Assembly (NCBI GenBank): GCA_032718475.1
Contig: JAUCBJ010006274.1
Coordinates: 1-48,607 of the forward strand
Reading direction: 5' to 3'
Length of the DNA: 48,607 nucleotides
DNA from: Nemertoderma westbladi
Lineage: Eukaryota > Animalia > Xenacoelomorpha
Part shown: one piece after another, positions 44,596 to 48,607 of the stretch
Numbering within the stretch: position 1 is the stretch's first letter
Layout of the letters: every line of letters starts with the position of its first letter
Notes under the pieces: generated by a model
Databases searched by the model: none
Told to the model about the DNA's origin: nothing
What the model saw: only the letters and a program-made list of their open reading frames with translations
Translations under genes and position numbers: made by a program

Positions 44596-45599
44596 TATCT
44601 GCACAAACGAGACAAATCTTGTTAATATGCCTTGTTCCACGAATGGAACTATAGAAGCAATCAATTATATATATGGTCCTAAATAATTTGACTCGGCATA
44701 GAGTTCAATGGAGTCGGTATAGAGTTCATAAGTCGTGATCAAGTTCTGAGAGTTGGTAGCGGCGTCCAAGATAGGACAAAGCATCAAACACGGTCTGAAC
44801 GTGGCGGAAGGGAGATCTGTTCCGAACTGACCCACGTCAGAGAAGGACTATAAGGAGTTGGTGGTGCCGGAAACGCAACCATGTGTTATGGGACCTAGAG
44901 GATTAGGGAGGGTGTTGTAGGCGTCCTCGAGATTTCCTTTACAGGGCATAGAGGAACCTTCGACCGCGATATCGACACCAGCCACGGAGGCTGAGACTCT
45001 TACATTGATGTACAGCGAGCACACTTACATTACAGCGAGTAGACCCAAAGGAAGAGGAAGGGCCGTGCAGTTCGTGAGGTCAAGAGACGATGACGAGGAT
45101 CCGTCAGTAGGTATTATACGAGCCGAGGCGCTGATGGAGAGATTCCAGAGGGAATGTATGGCTAGGAGGGCGGCAGCACATCGAAGCTGCACATCGACTT
45201 CCAGGTTTGGGAAGGGGGATTCTTCCACCGACCACGACTAGAGGGCGAGGGCGCGTGGTGGGCAAGAAAGCATTACCAAAGAGCTTGTAATCGAAGAAGT
45301 TACCACAAACTCAAAACTCTCGGACATTAGGGAAAGGTTTGAATTTTAGCCTATAGCAATACAGTTTAATACAGTTTAATACAGTTTGTATGTAAATCTA
45401 CCTAATAACTAATCAAACATTATATTTTATTAATTAGTTAATGTCTTGAAGAACGATTTGTATATATATTCCATAAGATTGATTATTTGCATTAAATTGA
45501 ATTATTTTCATGAAGTTATTTTTATAAGAAAACTTAGTAAAACCCAAATTCATAAACACTATACTTAAGAAAGTTTTTTTGTCTAAGTAGTTGATATTT

Positions 45600-46080
45600 C
45601 AGTTGGTAGAGCACCAGACCGAAGCAAGACAGATTACGGGATTCTTAAGAACTCGGTTGTGGTTCTATATCACAATATCAACCATGTAATATCATGTAAT
45701 CAATCAGGTAATATAAACAGCAGAACACTGTACAGAAATAATGCCGAGGTGAGGCTAAATACTGGTAACACCCCATAACCACAAAGATAGTACAGTAGAG
45801 CTAGAGTCAGTCGGTTGAGGCCATGGCAAAAGCGAGTATCTCTCATCTCCCCTTTTTAGTTGGACCAGCACTTTAAGTTTGTGTGATTTGGGTATCCCTG
45901 AGTTTGTTTATGTTTAGTCTTGGGGATCGCCTTGGAATGGGGAATATGGTTACTTTATCATCAAAACAGACGTGTGGTTGTTCTAGAGATCTCGGTGTAG
46001 TAAATGGTTTGGTATGGATTATTGGGGTTGGTGTAAACCGTTTCAAGTAGCGACGATTTTGTCCGACCATTAGAAAGACT
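45600..46080 (-). mobile_element. Possible 3' end of a Gypsy element (integrase tail, PPT, LTR start)
   Basis: QNRRYLK..RRSPRL at 46070-45873 followed by AAAAAGGGGAGA-TG on the minus strand; far LTR boundary uncertain. Confidence 0.45.
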
Positions 46081-46891
46081 CACAACATAACATCAAATAA
46101 TTTGTACGCAGCATAGCGGAGAGTAGTTTAAGTGATTGTTTAGAATACCGTAGACTATTCACGCTAGGCGGTTATTTGAAAATAGCGGGGCAACGGGCTG
46201 ACAGCGGTATCTAGTATACAGTAGTAAATTCGCTGGTCTAAAGCTAGCAAAAGGCCAAGTTTTGACATTAAGAAAATAAACAGACTTATCCTTTTATAAT
46301 ATTAAAATATTCTCACATTCGGCAAATTCGGGTAAATTCCAGTGTTTTTGGTGATAAGTGAACGCCGAGTGCTAGACCACCCGCACTCATTTTAAGTAAC
46401 TTAGGGAGCCGATTCAGGTTTATTGTTTTGGTTATTCCTGCGTGGCTCATAGATTCGAACAGTTAGCTCTCTGTTGAGCGATCAACAGAGAAAGGAACAA
46501 GCGATTTGTCGGAGCCGTATAGTAAATAATAGTAAAATATTTTAGCGCTGTTCGTGGGGGTTTAACAGTGGTTGGCGGACTTTAGTGGGAAGACTACTGA
46601 GTAAGATTAGACCGGTAGTTGAGACCGCGTTTAGAACGGCTCTACTTATTAGACCTTCGAACCCCTGGCTATCAGTGCATCCAGCGAATAATTTCTAGAC
46701 TCTCGAGATCGGAAGTGAGAACATTTGTGGATTCGGTTCTTATTTTTACAATTCCAATTCATAATAATAATAATAATAATATCAAAATAATTTAAATTTG
46801 AGTTATGCCACAGGTTATATAAGACGGTTGAAAAATATCAATATATTTGTAGCAAAAAATATAAATATTGAAATTATCATCAATAATATTG

Positions 46892-47614
46892 CTAAAAGTA
46901 AACAGTGTTTGACATGACAATAAATATAACAAAATAAACGACATTTGTTACTAAAAACGTGAGCGGGAACATATATCGAGATGTTTTATCCATAAGTTTA
47001 GCATAATTACGTGGTGGCTGTTCATTCGTCCATTTTGAGTCGTTTATCTTTCTTTGAGAAACTCGAAACATGTGTTCCAACTGACAAGAGAGTGAAAACT
47101 CCAGGAGAGCAGCCATTACGAAAATAACTCCAATATTTAAATAAATATCCAACGCTTTTATATATGAAACCTTTGGTATTGCATCGTAGGTGCTTATTGA
47201 AAGTGTCAACAGAGTAAGAACAGTCATTACACTCAATTTAGCGCGAGCGCTAACTGGCTCCACCCAAAAGCTAATCCAAGATATAAAGACAACAAGATTT
47301 AAAGGTAATATAGTAGCTATTATATAATAGTTAATATAACGTTGAAACTTGAGGTAAACTGTTATTTCTGTGAAATTACCAACCAATGGAAACGCAACAG
47401 AGGTCTTATTCAACGTTACGGAGTCACTTACTAATGCGTGGTGTTCTGGAAGGTGTATAACATCATCTACCAAGTAAGCTCCAATGTTTCCATCCATCAT
47501 GTTGTTGGAAAACTCAAAAATGACGTCACTCTCAGGGTAACTGTAACTCGACAATATTATTGGACAATACTGCGTGTCCATGGGGAATACAAATAGGTTG
47601 AATTTACACTTTAC
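46892..47614 (-). CDS. Cys-loop ligand-gated channel subunit C (divergent), terminal exon; upstream exon(s) lie beyond the window
   Basis: Likely acceptor TTCAG|GTAAAG; CKFNLFVFPMDTQYC Cys loop, SSYSY, SWISFW, SAR-M2, PKVSYIKALD, MDKTSRYMFP; open to the stop at 46892. Confidence 0.88.
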   Translation of the reverse strand, partial: VKCKFNLFVFPMDTQYCPIILSSYSYPESDVIFEFSNNMMDGNIGAYLVDDVIHLPEHHALVSDSVTLNKTSVAFPLVGNFTEITVYLKFQRYINYYIIATILPLNLVVFISWISFWVEPVSARAKLSVMTVLTLLTLSISTYDAIPKVSYIKALDIYLNIGVIFVMAALLEFSLSCQLEHMFRVSQRKINDSKWTNEQPPRNYAKLMDKTSRYMFPLTFLVTNVVYFVIFIVMSNTVYF

Positions 47615-47893
47615 CTGAACGCAGATAGACATGGATGTATTTAGATACAAACCACACTTCACAACAATGATGCGAATTTAAGACACAGGCTTCGTTCGAG
47701 AGTTTATGCTGATGCAAATCCAAACTTGGCGAGTTAATATCTTTCCTGAATTCTAAATTATCAATTTAGGTACAGGAGCAGGTTACAGTGGCATGTTATT
47801 CTGACCAAAACAATAAACTAAAGTCAATAGAACAACTGTAACTATATGTACCTGAATAAGTACCCATTAACTACCTGTATTTAACTAATTGAT

Positions 47894-48607
47894 TCAGTAG
47901 TATGAATCTGGGAGGTCTGCACACCAAAGGCCAGCATCATCTCCAAATCCTAGTCCCATCCAAGAACTGTGACTCTCTCGTAGAGAGTTGTACCGCAACA
48001 ACGCAAACTGTAGGCACCTGCGGACACTGCCCATCACCAAGGCCAACTTTCGCGAACGCATTCCCTCATGCCTGGTGATCAGAGTCTCTGCAAGGCGCTC
48101 GATGAATATCTCGGCCTCCTTGCACCAGACCCCGCTTGTGGTTCCAACAAAGGGCGTGAAAGAGACCCTCCTTGCCTCGCTGACTGCACGGTAATGCGCC
48201 TTCTTCACACGGACGCATTGTTCAAGGATGGAGTTGATGGGTGTGTTGATGTATGAGGGGGCGTCGGCGTTAACAATCGCTATGTCAAATGATGCCACCC
48301 TCTGATTGACCCATACACCCCTTGCCAGATCTGCCCCTACCCCTCCCACCTCACGGCCGTGGCTGTCCAGGTACCCAGAGGACAGGGTCACCTCCCGCTG
48401 GACACAGGAACCTCCGAATGCAGATGAGATCAGGTCCCCGAACACCTCATGCAACTCGTTATGCTTCTTGATGATTAAACCCCCCGTGTTTGCAATTGAG
48501 GCCATGGGTAGTGGTAAAAGGAGCTCCACAACCCTTGCAATTCGACGGGAGACTGGGTGGCATGAGACCGTAGCGTAGCGCGAGGTTGTCCCGGAATGCT
48601 TCGGGAT
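47894..48607 (-). mobile_element. CRE-like non-LTR retrotransposon 3' end (CCHC finger plus restriction-like endonuclease), frameshifted
   Basis: [30 protein letters not shown], a frameshift at a G run (~48480), then KHNEL..VQRE..ADL.RGVW..FDIAIVN..SY..KKAHY..FTPFV. Confidence 0.8.

Noticed and set aside
44700-45350. GC-richer segment with short ORFs (78 and 67 aa)
   Set aside because: No recognisable domain or splice structure; probably decayed mobile DNA that cannot be assigned without a search.
45595-45650. tRNA-like CAGTTGGTAGAGCA
   Set aside because: A-box fragment only; no convincing B box or cloverleaf.
47615-47662. N-terminal part of the 256-aa ORF (MKCGLYLNTSMSICVQ)
   Set aside because: Does not match the expected PxGxVxYxxR segment and ends at a good CAG acceptor; probably intronic.

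Overview
AT-rich, repeat-dense genomic DNA from an invertebrate animal (taxon not identifiable from sequence alone). The host genes are three minus-strand Cys-loop ligand-gated anion-channel subunits: two close paralogues (A 7226-11901; B 33072-34589), each with only two coding exons, and the last exon of a divergent third (C 46892-47614). The most striking feature is the single coding intron of A and B. Its first and last ~35 nt are complementary, with G-U wobbles on the pre-mRNA strand, which would bring the splice sites together. It lacks a normal polypyrimidine tract, reads AG|GT at both junctions in B, and starts with GA instead of GT in A although both A exons are intact. A second highlight is a ~407-bp non-coding unit (1168-1935) fusing a tRNA-like Pol III head to a minimal type I hammerhead ribozyme; it is inserted with a 5' inversion that begins at the predicted self-cleavage site. 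The rest is mobile DNA: a gag-only BEL/Pao-like LTR element inside a 15-bp minisatellite, a related solo LTR, five RTE-group LINE copies from two families, CR1-like, CRE-like and Gypsy remnants, a SINE, MITEs, a 24-bp minisatellite and a 40-bp perfect palindrome. All calls were made by eye; no database searches were run.
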